From a virus, in IMG/VR virus record IMGVR_UViG_3300004369_000001, positions 1 through 64,000 of that record: a DNA stretch of 64,000 bases; one strand, 5' to 3'. The notes under the pieces were generated by a model. That model saw only the letters and a list, made by a program, of their open reading frames with translations, did no database searches and was not told the origin of the DNA. Both the position numbers and the translations under genes were made by a program. This document shows positions 56,220 to 64,000 of this stretch, piece after piece (the stretch's first letter is position 1; every line of letters begins with the position of its first letter).

Positions 56220-56936
56220 TTAAGTTTCATAGTATTTTGTATAGTTTGTATCACTAATTAACTCTTCTACTCTACTAGGACTAAAACCAGGCACACCTTG
56301 ATCATATTCTGTGTAGGGATGTAGTTGTTTAGATGCTGCATCTAGCAATTCATTCCTTTCATCGAGTGCCATAAACTTAAAGGCAAGCATATATCTATTC
56401 CACAAGAAGTATGGAGTAGGTGTGCGAGCACTGTGAGGTATTCTCCCATCAAAGATAACAACTCTGCCAGGTTTAGGACAGACAGCATGAAGAATATCTA
56501 GATTGTGATCATAGAATATAGTTTCACCACCATAGTTAGGTATCCAAAACTCATTCATATACACAATCATTGTGACCTGATTGTCACACCAATGTGGTGC
56601 ATCACAATGTATGCGTGGAGCATCACCAAACTTCAGCACATTCATATATGCACTGTAGAGATCTTTCCTGGGAGGTATTGGACAGCGGAGAGATTCCAAT
56701 CTATCTAACACATTCTCATAGAGAGGATTCAGACTGCATTGTGTGAAAGGTGTGGTGCCATGATGATCCACACTGTAGAAATCATGGGTGTAATATGTGC
56801 CACGAAGATCTACCTCTTCTATATTAGTTTGAGGCAGATCCTGTCTACCATGCCAGTAGGGCAATTCAATAACTCTCTGGCATATCTCACTGTCTAGAAT
56901 GTCAGTGTCAAATACTTGAATCAAGGGATGTTGCAT
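56220..56936 (-). CDS. 2OG-Fe(II) oxygenase (prolyl-hydroxylase-like)
   Basis: HCD...T.IVYMN..W....GGET.F...PKPGRVVIFDG.IPH.AR.P....R..LAFK. Confidence 0.88.
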   Translation of the reverse strand: MQHPLIQVFDTDILDSEICQRVIELPYWHGRQDLPQTNIEEVDLRGTYYTHDFYSVDHHGTTPFTQCSLNPLYENVLDRLESLRCPIPPRKDLYSAYMNVLKFGDAPRIHCDAPHWCDNQVTMIVYMNEFWIPNYGGETIFYDHNLDILHAVCPKPGRVVIFDGRIPHSARTPTPYFLWNRYMLAFKFMALDERNELLDAASKQLHPYTEYDQGVPGFSPSRVEELISDTNYTKYYET

Positions 56937-57589
56937 GATACTAGAGCAGTAATATTCAATGTCATTACATAACGTGTGCCCTGTCCATTGTTAGGACCAG
57001 TGCGATGACGTAACCATCCAGGAAAGAATAGCACGTCATTTGTCTTAACTGGTATATCTATCCAGTTATCTTCGTTGGGCATTTCATACTCATCAGACAC
57101 AGGTTCTGAGAGTTTGTATATATCAAATGGATTCTTGATCTGTAAGTTACCACTACCCTCAGGCACCTGTAGATAGGCAACCACGGCAACCGTGACATTT
57201 TGATGATGATGCTCTAGTGTAGTTGCACCAGGAGGATGTCTATTGATCCACGATTCTGTGATGTTTCGATATACTCTCTTCAGTGACCATCTATCCCAAA
57301 TGTCATCAACAACCATGGGGATATGATTGCCAGTAAAGTCTTCAAATACTTTCCATCCATGTGGAGGATCGTGCCTACATCTACCAACAGATGATGTGCC
57401 GCCCTTCTCAAGTGCAGAGTTACGATATACACTCTGAGGATCATCAATGATGTCTAGATAATAATCAGTCTCTGGGATTATTTCATTCCAGATGTCAGTG
57501 AAATCATATTGTGACCTGAAGATGAATGGATAGGGATTAACGGATTGAATACCATTTCCTATCAACTGGTCGGGTAAAGGATTTCGCAT
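56921..57589 (-). CDS. Putative 2OG-Fe(II) oxygenase (TIGR02466-like)
   Basis: SWIN.H......HHH...YL..P..SG.L...DVLFFPGWLRH...R. Confidence 0.85.
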   Translation of the reverse strand: MRNPLPDQLIGNGIQSVNPYPFIFRSQYDFTDIWNEIIPETDYYLDIIDDPQSVYRNSALEKGGTSSVGRCRHDPPHGWKVFEDFTGNHIPMVVDDIWDRWSLKRVYRNITESWINRHPPGATTLEHHHQNVTVAVVAYLQVPEGSGNLQIKNPFDIYKLSEPVSDEYEMPNEDNWIDIPVKTNDVLFFPGWLRHRTGPNNGQGTRYVMTLNITALVSCNIP

Positions 57590-58259
57590 GATACAAATGA
57601 TAGTGATGGACAGGAATACTTAAAGAGATTCTTTCTTCAGATGGTGATGCACAATGATAACATCTTGGTGGTATGTATAGAGCATCTCCAGGTTTCAATA
57701 TTACATCAATAGCAGGAGTGAATGAATCGTAGTTTACTGTTGGATCACCTGGGTCTGCTTGAATCACAAATGTTGCACGTCTTTCATTATATACACGCCA
57801 ATGAGTTGTGCCCTTCAACTGCACAATAAAGTTACTAGGTAGATCCTCATGAATATAAAAACTATTACTCTTTCCAAGACCACAATAGATCTGAAATTGT
57901 GAATCGCCAGGGAATATTGACTCCCATTCGCCCACCATTTCAGACCTACGTCTATCTCTGAATGAATAGTTGTTGATGATAATTGTGTGCCCATCTCTCA
58001 GGGCATGAAACAATTCCTCTTTCTCTTCAAAATCATAATTAGACCAACTACGAGCATATTTGGGCGGATTGATCTTTTCAATTCTATGACGACTGACAAC
58101 ATCAATATCAAAGAATTGTGGGTTGTTTAAGCAATACTCAACATCACTCCATGTGCAAATAGAATTACACTCTTCCTGATCGATTACACCCTCATAGTAG
58201 TGTGGGACATCATGATCCCAGTCTCTATCGTATAGTTTAATCGGCAATAATAACGTCAT
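57537..58259 (-). CDS. JmjC/cupin (ROXA/YcfD-like) hydroxylase
   Basis: SF..HED...FIVQLKG.THW.VY...L.PGD.LYIP...YH.A....RISLS. Confidence 0.85.
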   Translation of the reverse strand: MTLLLPIKLYDRDWDHDVPHYYEGVIDQEECNSICTWSDVEYCLNNPQFFDIDVVSRHRIEKINPPKYARSWSNYDFEEKEELFHALRDGHTIIINNYSFRDRRRSEMVGEWESIFPGDSQFQIYCGLGKSNSFYIHEDLPSNFIVQLKGTTHWRVYNERRATFVIQADPGDPTVNYDSFTPAIDVILKPGDALYIPPRCYHCASPSEERISLSIPVHHYHLYHAKSFTRPVDRKWYSIR

Positions 58260-58893
58260 CAGGCATACCGTGGAAGTTGAAGTTTAATACAATTCTATAC
58301 TGCGATTGCACAGGATTAGATGATCCGTGGTATCTATTACCATCAAACAATACAAACTTGTTTGCCTCTGGTTTATGTCTCTCACATACAGTGTATTCTT
58401 GATTGAATGTATTGTATATTCGATCATTCAATTCTTTGGTTGGATCATCAACCTGATCAAATAACACTGTGTCACCATCAGCATCATGGAAATAGAATAG
58501 TCCTGTGTGATGCTTAGTCTCGTGATCTGTGTGTGGTGTGTTGTAATCTTTGACATGATGACTATTATGCAGCATCGCAAGTCTCAGTCGAAAGATATTA
58601 AAACTACAACCAAGTCTGTCTTGAATGTGATCTACAATGGGAATGAATAGATCATAATATTGTGATACTGGTTCACTGTCATGACACAGCACATGAGTCC
58701 AACCACATGATGTTTGATCGGTTGGACTCATCCCAAATAGATTTTGATCACCAAACTTATACTCATACCCACTGCCATATGTGACATCATTGGGCAGGAA
58801 ATACCAAGGGAATCCCCTGCTCGTCATCACATCATTCAGGCGATTCAGATACGCTTTGGGTAAAAGATTCGATAGACTTCTGGATACTGCCAT
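58237..58893 (-). CDS. 2OG-Fe(II) oxygenase
   Basis: FPWY, PHTD...H.T.L.Y..D.DGDT.LF...P..N..VLFDG..YH.S..P...R.VLN.N. Confidence 0.85.
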   Translation of the reverse strand: MAVSRSLSNLLPKAYLNRLNDVMTSRGFPWYFLPNDVTYGSGYEYKFGDQNLFGMSPTDQTSCGWTHVLCHDSEPVSQYYDLFIPIVDHIQDRLGCSFNIFRLRLAMLHNSHHVKDYNTPHTDHETKHHTGLFYFHDADGDTVLFDQVDDPTKELNDRIYNTFNQEYTVCERHKPEANKFVLFDGNRYHGSSNPVQSQYRIVLNFNFHGMPDDVIIAD

Positions 58894-59512
58894 AGTTAAT
58901 ATGTGTTGAATACAACGTCACATTGAAAGAGTAAGAGATTCTCTCCTCACTGCCTTTATTTGTCTCTACTTTGTGCAGTGTGTCTGCTGGGAAGATAAAC
59001 AACTGATCAGGTTCGGGATCATATGCTGCTATCTCATTGTTTAATGGATTGGTGCCATGCACATAGTTATATGCTGTGCCCCAAGACTTAAACTTATGCA
59101 ACTCATCAAATGGTCGGAGAAATGTGATACCACCAGACTTTGGGGGCACCTTAGCATAATAAACACCAGCAAACATTGCACCAGGATGTGAGTGGCAATG
59201 ATTGAGATCTCCAGGTCCATTGATATTCAACCAACCATTAGTGATCAGCATGGCAAAATCTTTGAATCCAAGATCCTGACATGCTACATCCACTGCACTA
59301 TAGATTACCTCAGATAATCCCTTCCATGGTTCTATGGTGTGAATCATTTCACTTCCCCAATCATTTGATTGGTATCCACCTTCATTTGATGCTTGTCTAC
59401 CAGACATTGCACCACGATGGTCAATAGCAAAGTCAACGAATTGTTGGGTGTCTAGTCCACAATCCTTCTGGTGCCAGATACCTCTGGGAAACCAGTAATC
59501 ACATTTCAACAT
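58832..59512 (-). CDS. Putative 2OG-Fe(II) oxygenase (TIGR02466 family)
   Basis: SN.GGYQS, W.NIN..G..N..HSHP...F.GVYY, IFP..TLH.V..N....RIS.SFN. Confidence 0.88.
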   Translation of the reverse strand: MLKCDYWFPRGIWHQKDCGLDTQQFVDFAIDHRGAMSGRQASNEGGYQSNDWGSEMIHTIEPWKGLSEVIYSAVDVACQDLGFKDFAMLITNGWLNINGPGDLNHCHSHPGAMFAGVYYAKVPPKSGGITFLRPFDELHKFKSWGTAYNYVHGTNPLNNEIAAYDPEPDQLFIFPADTLHKVETNKGSEERISYSFNVTLYSTHINYGSIQKSIESFTQSVSESPE

Positions 59513-59514
59513 AA

Positions 59515-59886
59515 TTATTCAGCGAAAGTAAACTCTTTGTCGGTTACACTGGGATCCACATGGACACTATACAGATACAATGCTTCGATAGCACCCTGCA
59601 GTTTATTCAACTTATCTTTCTTCTCTTGCATACCCTCAAGGGACACACGAGTTACTGTAGATGAATAGGAAAGGTTATCCAATGCCTCAGTGAGTTTCTT
59701 ATACTCAGCGATAGTCTCTTCATACTGAGAAATAAGATCTGCTACCAGTTGATCATATGTCAACCTCACAGGATTGCCATTCTCATCACAGAAGATACCT
59801 AATCTCTCTTCTTTGCTGACACCTGCCAAATCATTGATGTCTACATTCTCAACTTCAGGCAGATTACTAAACGTTTGTGCTTCCAT
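59515..59886 (-). CDS. Coiled-coil hypothetical protein (KLxGAIExL family)
   Basis: 123 aa; KLQGAIEALYLY. Confidence 0.7.
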   Translation of the reverse strand: MEAQTFSNLPEVENVDINDLAGVSKEERLGIFCDENGNPVRLTYDQLVADLISQYEETIAEYKKLTEALDNLSYSSTVTRVSLEGMQEKKDKLNKLQGAIEALYLYSVHVDPSVTDKEFTFAE

Positions 59887-60737
59887 TAGTTAAACCTCTC
59901 TAGATTCTTATTTAGTGAGTTGATCTTGGCATGGTCTTTAATACGCTCATCCAAGGTTGTGTTTTCGATGAATGATTTAGTCTTCAAATAATCCATCATC
60001 TGCTCGCATTTGTAGTCATGCTCATTAGCAGTCTCTACAACAATTTGAAACTCACTAGAGTCCAACCATTTGCGAGGAATAGGGATCCATTGGCACAATG
60101 GTGTGCCTGCTTTTACAATGTGATCACCCTCCATAGCGTGCCAGAAGAGTTGCACATTGATTTCATATGAATACTGTGGATCCACTATACCATAAGGAGC
60201 ACTAAATCGCATGTCTTCATGATATGCAACTGGAATCTGCAAGATAACAATATCAGGGTGTGCTTGCACTCTCCAGGGTGTCTCCAACTTCACAACTTGA
60301 CCGAGGGTTGGCATACCTTTGTTGACAAGATCTCTCATCCCATCAGTCTGTCTCTCAATGTGTGACGTGACATACTTACCACCAACAAATAATTGTCTGG
60401 TGACCCACTGGAATGTGCCATCCTCTTTAGGACGAATAGCAAAATCTGCTGGGGCAGGGAGTATCCAACCACTGTCCATGATTGCAGTCAATGCAGGGCA
60501 AGTTGCGGCATGTTCTTTGATGCCATTGTCCTGCATCTTGAGGTTGTCGAATGTTTCTCTGAGTGCCATCACTGGGCACTCACTACGCTTCTTTGCCTGA
60601 TCTTTGACTACATCAACTCTCCACTTTCTCTTGAGTTTCTTAGAAGGATACAGAGGGAAAAACTCTGCAACACCAGCGTCCATAGAATAGAATCTAATCC
60701 ATGGTTTCTGAAACTTTGCTTTAATCTTTTTCCACAT
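59886..60737 (-). CDS. DUF6065-like (dUTPase-like fold) protein
   Basis: CPA....DSGWILPAP.D, K...PW, GIVD, IN and KAGTPL.Q.IP motifs. Confidence 0.6.
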   Translation of the reverse strand: MWKKIKAKFQKPWIRFYSMDAGVAEFFPLYPSKKLKRKWRVDVVKDQAKKRSECPVMALRETFDNLKMQDNGIKEHAATCPALTAIMDSGWILPAPADFAIRPKEDGTFQWVTRQLFVGGKYVTSHIERQTDGMRDLVNKGMPTLGQVVKLETPWRVQAHPDIVILQIPVAYHEDMRFSAPYGIVDPQYSYEINVQLFWHAMEGDHIVKAGTPLCQWIPIPRKWLDSSEFQIVVETANEHDYKCEQMMDYLKTKSFIENTTLDERIKDHAKINSLNKNLERFN

Positions 60738-62349
60738 AAATGTAGTCCCTCAAGTATTCGTAGTGTGTTGGAAGTTGTCTGACTGCATTATATATTGCCT
60801 TGCGATCCTCTTGCCATTGTTTGTGGTAATCATTGATTGTTGACTTCCTGACAGGATACAAGTGGTGTGCCTCATAAACATTAAACTCGTTGATTGGCGA
60901 GAAATCCTGACCAGCAGCGATGTAGATTAGACCAGCAAACTTATCTTCACTCCAGAAGTTTTTCCTGAGTCCATCAAACAACTGATAGTATTCCAACCTA
61001 GATTGTAGCATACTATGCCAAGTAAGGGGATCTTCCTTAATCTGGAAGAGATCATTCTTACCTGCAAAGTCTACATTTGCACAGTCTCTCCAGTATTTCG
61101 TATCATCACGACCTGTGAGGACATAATGCATCGTAATGAAATTCTTCATGGACTCGATAGCATTATCCACAGTGTAGTTGTATGAATCAACATCAATACG
61201 AGTGACCTGATTGCGTCTCATGAGAGTATCAATCAGATAAAGGATATTCTCATGAGTTGTCATCAAACCAGTAGATTCCAGTGGTTCTAAGAATCCATAT
61301 GCAAGACCGATACCAACAACATTTTGCACCCACGCCTTCTTACGCTTACCATGTCTGATGTTGATCAGTTTATATTGGGCAGCATCGGCAACCTTTGGAC
61401 TATACCTCTTCGCAATATATTCAACAAACTCTTCATAAGCAATGTCTGGGTCAATATACTTCTTGCTGAATACATATCCAGTGCCAACTCTATCCCACAG
61501 TGGGATATTCCACACCCAACCACTAGACAATCCAACACAGTCAGTATAGAGATCCATCTGATTCTCTCTGTCTGTATAGTCAACACGAGCAGCAAATGCT
61601 GTGTCATTAAACAGCACATCATTAAATGATACAAACTCAGATCCCATGATGCCTTCAAGCACCACAGATTTGAATCCTGTGCAGTCGATGAAGAGATCTG
61701 CCTTTACAACTTGAGCAGCACCTGTGCCATCATCAACAATCACAGATGAAAGTCTGCCGTCAGGTGTCTTCACACCACCAGACACAGTGCCATATACTCT
61801 GGTGATTGCATCTTTGCAATATTCTTTGTCTAGATACTCACCAAACTTCTCAGAGTCCATGTGATATGCAGTATCTTCAGAGAATCTCCAAGATGGATGC
61901 TCATTGCACACATAATCGGAAGTAATCCGATTTTCCTCTGCCATAATGGTATTTGGATTGAAGAATCTAGCAAACTCTTCAGGTGGATAGTGTTGAGGGA
62001 ATCTTGCCCTCAACTCAAAGAATGTCATGTAATCACTTCTATAATCAGAGTGATCAATTCTTCCGAATGGATACTGAAAACGCTCACCCTCTCCATCTCT
62101 GAAGTTTTGGAAAGCAATAGATGACTTGTAGGTTGCACTACAATATGGCATCCAATCTCTATCACTCAGACCCAGAAATCTGAAGAATCTGTTGATATGT
62201 CCAAGGGTAGATTCACCAACACCAATGATATTCCTATCTTTAGGTTCGATGATAGTAATATCTTTCTCAGGAAATGCACGCAGCAGGGCAGCAGCAGTCA
62301 TCCATCCCGAAGATCCCCCACCAACAACACAGAATGAATCAATTCGCAT
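60721..62349 (-). CDS. Flavin-dependent halogenase (tryptophan halogenase family)
   Basis: VVGGGSSGWMTA, GVGEST, catalytic Lys in ATYK, ADLFIDCTGF, GWVWNIPL and FLEPLESTG. Confidence 0.92.
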   Translation of the reverse strand: MRIDSFCVVGGGSSGWMTAAALLRAFPEKDITIIEPKDRNIIGVGESTLGHINRFFRFLGLSDRDWMPYCSATYKSSIAFQNFRDGEGERFQYPFGRIDHSDYRSDYMTFFELRARFPQHYPPEEFARFFNPNTIMAEENRITSDYVCNEHPSWRFSEDTAYHMDSEKFGEYLDKEYCKDAITRVYGTVSGGVKTPDGRLSSVIVDDGTGAAQVVKADLFIDCTGFKSVVLEGIMGSEFVSFNDVLFNDTAFAARVDYTDRENQMDLYTDCVGLSSGWVWNIPLWDRVGTGYVFSKKYIDPDIAYEEFVEYIAKRYSPKVADAAQYKLINIRHGKRKKAWVQNVVGIGLAYGFLEPLESTGLMTTHENILYLIDTLMRRNQVTRIDVDSYNYTVDNAIESMKNFITMHYVLTGRDDTKYWRDCANVDFAGKNDLFQIKEDPLTWHSMLQSRLEYYQLFDGLRKNFWSEDKFAGLIYIAAGQDFSPINEFNVYEAHHLYPVRKSTINDYHKQWQEDRKAIYNAVRQLPTHYEYLRDYIYVEKD

Positions 62350-63850
62350 ACAATGTCCTCAAGTAATAATGATACGGCACTTCACAATATCTATCCAAAT
62401 CCCAATGGTCGTAATTCCAACTAGGACTCCAACTATTCAAGTGTGAACCTTCTGGAATTGGACCATAAAACATAATTTCTTTTTCAATTACTTCATTGAA
62501 TGGATTCCATCCATGTCCCGCCATAACAGACATCAGTGAGTCACCAGTAAATCCATTGTTGAAGTTTAATTTACCAGAAAAGTTGAAAGACTCCTCCTGA
62601 AGAAGGACAGAAGCAGACTCAAGCATACCTTGCTGAGGATATTTAATGTTGGATACTGCTTGCCAATAACGTGTATCATTGCGTTGTGTCATACTATAAT
62701 GCAATGCAACGAAAGATGCAAATCCATCAAATGCAAAGTTGACTTGTTTGTTGAATGTGTCACGCATATATTGTGTGACAACATCTCTACCCTGTATCTG
62801 TCGGACAAATCTGAGCAAAAACTCATGCACAGATAGTAATCCATTTGACTCTAGTGGTTCTATAAAACCAGCAGACAATCCGATGGACAAAACATTATTC
62901 CACCAGATTTCTTTCTTTCGTCCAACTTTGAATTTAAGGTTTCTAAGCAGGACCAATTCGTCATGCTCATCACCGAGGTGTTGTTGAAACTCTTCACGAG
63001 CATCATCGTCTGAAATGTATTTGTCCGAATAAACATAACCTGTCCCGATTCTACTCCAAGTTGGCACTCTCCACACCCATCCAGAGGATAGTGCTGTGCA
63101 TTGAGTATACGGCACCATCTCAGATGCCTTGTCTTTGTATTGCAAACGTGTCACCCATGCAGAGTTATTGGGTAACCAGTCGGAGTAATCTACCCACTCA
63201 GATTGACTCAAAAGAGATTTGAATCCTGTGCAATCAATGTATAAATCACCATCATCATATCGTTTGCTGCCAATCATCAGGGACTGCACATACTTGTCCT
63301 CACCATACACAACACCATTTACATCAGCAAGTATGTGAGTGACTTTATCTTTGCAGTAATGATCTCTCAGATAATGAGCAAATTTGACAGCATCAAAATG
63401 AAACCCAGTGTTGTGCCTGAGTGAAAAATATGGGGCATTTATGGGCAGAATTGATCTTTCGGCACATTCTGCCGCCACGAAATAATCCCTGGCAAACTTA
63501 TCATTCTTCCACCCTTTCTTGTATGCATTCCAAAACCATACGTCTGGTGCTGGTGCATCATATCTGGGGGATCCAAAAGGATACTGCCAAGGATCATCCT
63601 TATCTTTGTGGAAGTTAGAAAACCTGACGCTAATCTTATACGTTGCGTCACAATGAGGCATCCAGTCCTCATCTGTGAGACCAAGATAGTGTATCCATGG
63701 TCTAAAATACTGAGTCGTAGACTCACCTACACCAACTGAAGGCACGTTGGGGGACTCTACGACTACAATATCAGATTGTGGAAATGCTTTCACCAGTGTG
63801 GCAGCAGTCATCCAACCAGATGATCCACCACCAATAATATAAAATTTCAT
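62339..63850 (-). CDS. Flavin-dependent halogenase (tryptophan halogenase family)
   Basis: IIGGGSSGWMTA, GVGEST, DATYK, IDCTGF, GWVWRVPT and FIEPLESNG. Confidence 0.92.
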   Translation of the reverse strand: MKFYIIGGGSSGWMTAATLVKAFPQSDIVVVESPNVPSVGVGESTTQYFRPWIHYLGLTDEDWMPHCDATYKISVRFSNFHKDKDDPWQYPFGSPRYDAPAPDVWFWNAYKKGWKNDKFARDYFVAAECAERSILPINAPYFSLRHNTGFHFDAVKFAHYLRDHYCKDKVTHILADVNGVVYGEDKYVQSLMIGSKRYDDGDLYIDCTGFKSLLSQSEWVDYSDWLPNNSAWVTRLQYKDKASEMVPYTQCTALSSGWVWRVPTWSRIGTGYVYSDKYISDDDAREEFQQHLGDEHDELVLLRNLKFKVGRKKEIWWNNVLSIGLSAGFIEPLESNGLLSVHEFLLRFVRQIQGRDVVTQYMRDTFNKQVNFAFDGFASFVALHYSMTQRNDTRYWQAVSNIKYPQQGMLESASVLLQEESFNFSGKLNFNNGFTGDSLMSVMAGHGWNPFNEVIEKEIMFYGPIPEGSHLNSWSPSWNYDHWDLDRYCEVPYHYYLRTLYAN

Positions 63851-63853
63851 AGA

Positions 63854-64000
63854 TTATTCAGGAAATGGTTCCCATGCTTTACGACCAGGGACTTGGACTT
63901 TGCGAATGTCCTCTACATACTCGGGAGCAGTAGATGGAGCAGGAGTTGTTGCTTTGACGTTTGTTATATGATCTCTGAAGCGAGTGCCACCATCGAGTTG
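63854..64000 (-). CDS. 3' end of a small protein (fibre-associated/chaperone-like)
   Basis: Manual translation: ...QLDGGTRFRDHITNVKATTPAPSTAPEYVEDIRKVQVPGRKAWEPFPE*; truncated by the window edge. Confidence 0.55.
   Translation of the reverse strand, partial: QLDGGTRFRDHITNVKATTPAPSTAPEYVEDIRKVQVPGRKAWEPFPE

Noticed and set aside
44548-56220. tRNA or known riboswitch/ncRNA genes in the accessory region
   Set aside because: No cloverleaf or T-loop (GTTCGA) context or recognisable Rfam motif was found by eye; a covariance-model scan would be needed to exclude them.
5437-60736. Isolated TTTTCCACA copies at 5437, 33904 and 60728
   Set aside because: They are single, inside coding sequence and at about chance frequency, so they were not counted as functional DnaA boxes.
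655-63726. Many + strand ORFs and short alternative-frame - strand ORFs in the ORF track
   Set aside because: They lie opposite or inside long, motif-bearing minus-strand genes and show no recognisable motifs; they are shadow ORFs from codon bias.
56220-64000. RiPP biosynthetic cluster
   Set aside because: No leader/core precursor peptide, protease or transporter is identifiable in the window; kept only as the broader modification-cluster hypothesis.

Overview
This is a 64-kb segment of a T4-like marine cyanomyovirus (Kyanoviridae-type, probably a Synechococcus or Prochlorococcus phage). Essentially all real genes are on the minus strand. In transcription order (64000 to 1) there are three blocks. 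(1) At ~56-64 kb is a tailoring-enzyme cluster: two flavin-dependent (tryptophan-halogenase-family) halogenases, a DUF6065-like protein, four 2OG-Fe(II) oxygenases and a JmjC/cupin enzyme. (2) At ~44.5-56 kb is an early/accessory region of tiny ORFs driven by at least 8 copies of a shared inverted-repeat promoter cassette. It also holds an SF2 helicase, a PD-(D/E)xK-like ORF overlapping a beta-class DNA methyltransferase, membrane and acidic micro-proteins, and a cluster of cyanobacterial-type DnaA boxes. (3) At 1-44 kb is a late baseplate/tail module: a 1206-aa structural protein, PAAR, gp25, gp6, a 6791-aa gp7-like giant, a YHYH protein, a gp9/10-like protein with a cupredoxin tip, gp8, a 2478-aa DUF4815/VrlC-like protein and a tail-fibre start. 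The most striking observation is inside the giant gp7-like protein. It carries about 7-8 tandem or nested repeats resembling phycobiliprotein (phycocyanin/allophycocyanin, globin-like) subunits. These keep the C-x-x-D bilin-attachment motif, the PGGN turn and a beta-155-like second Cys, which suggests a possibly chromophore-bearing, light-responsive virion. All family assignments were made by eye from motifs; no database searches were run.
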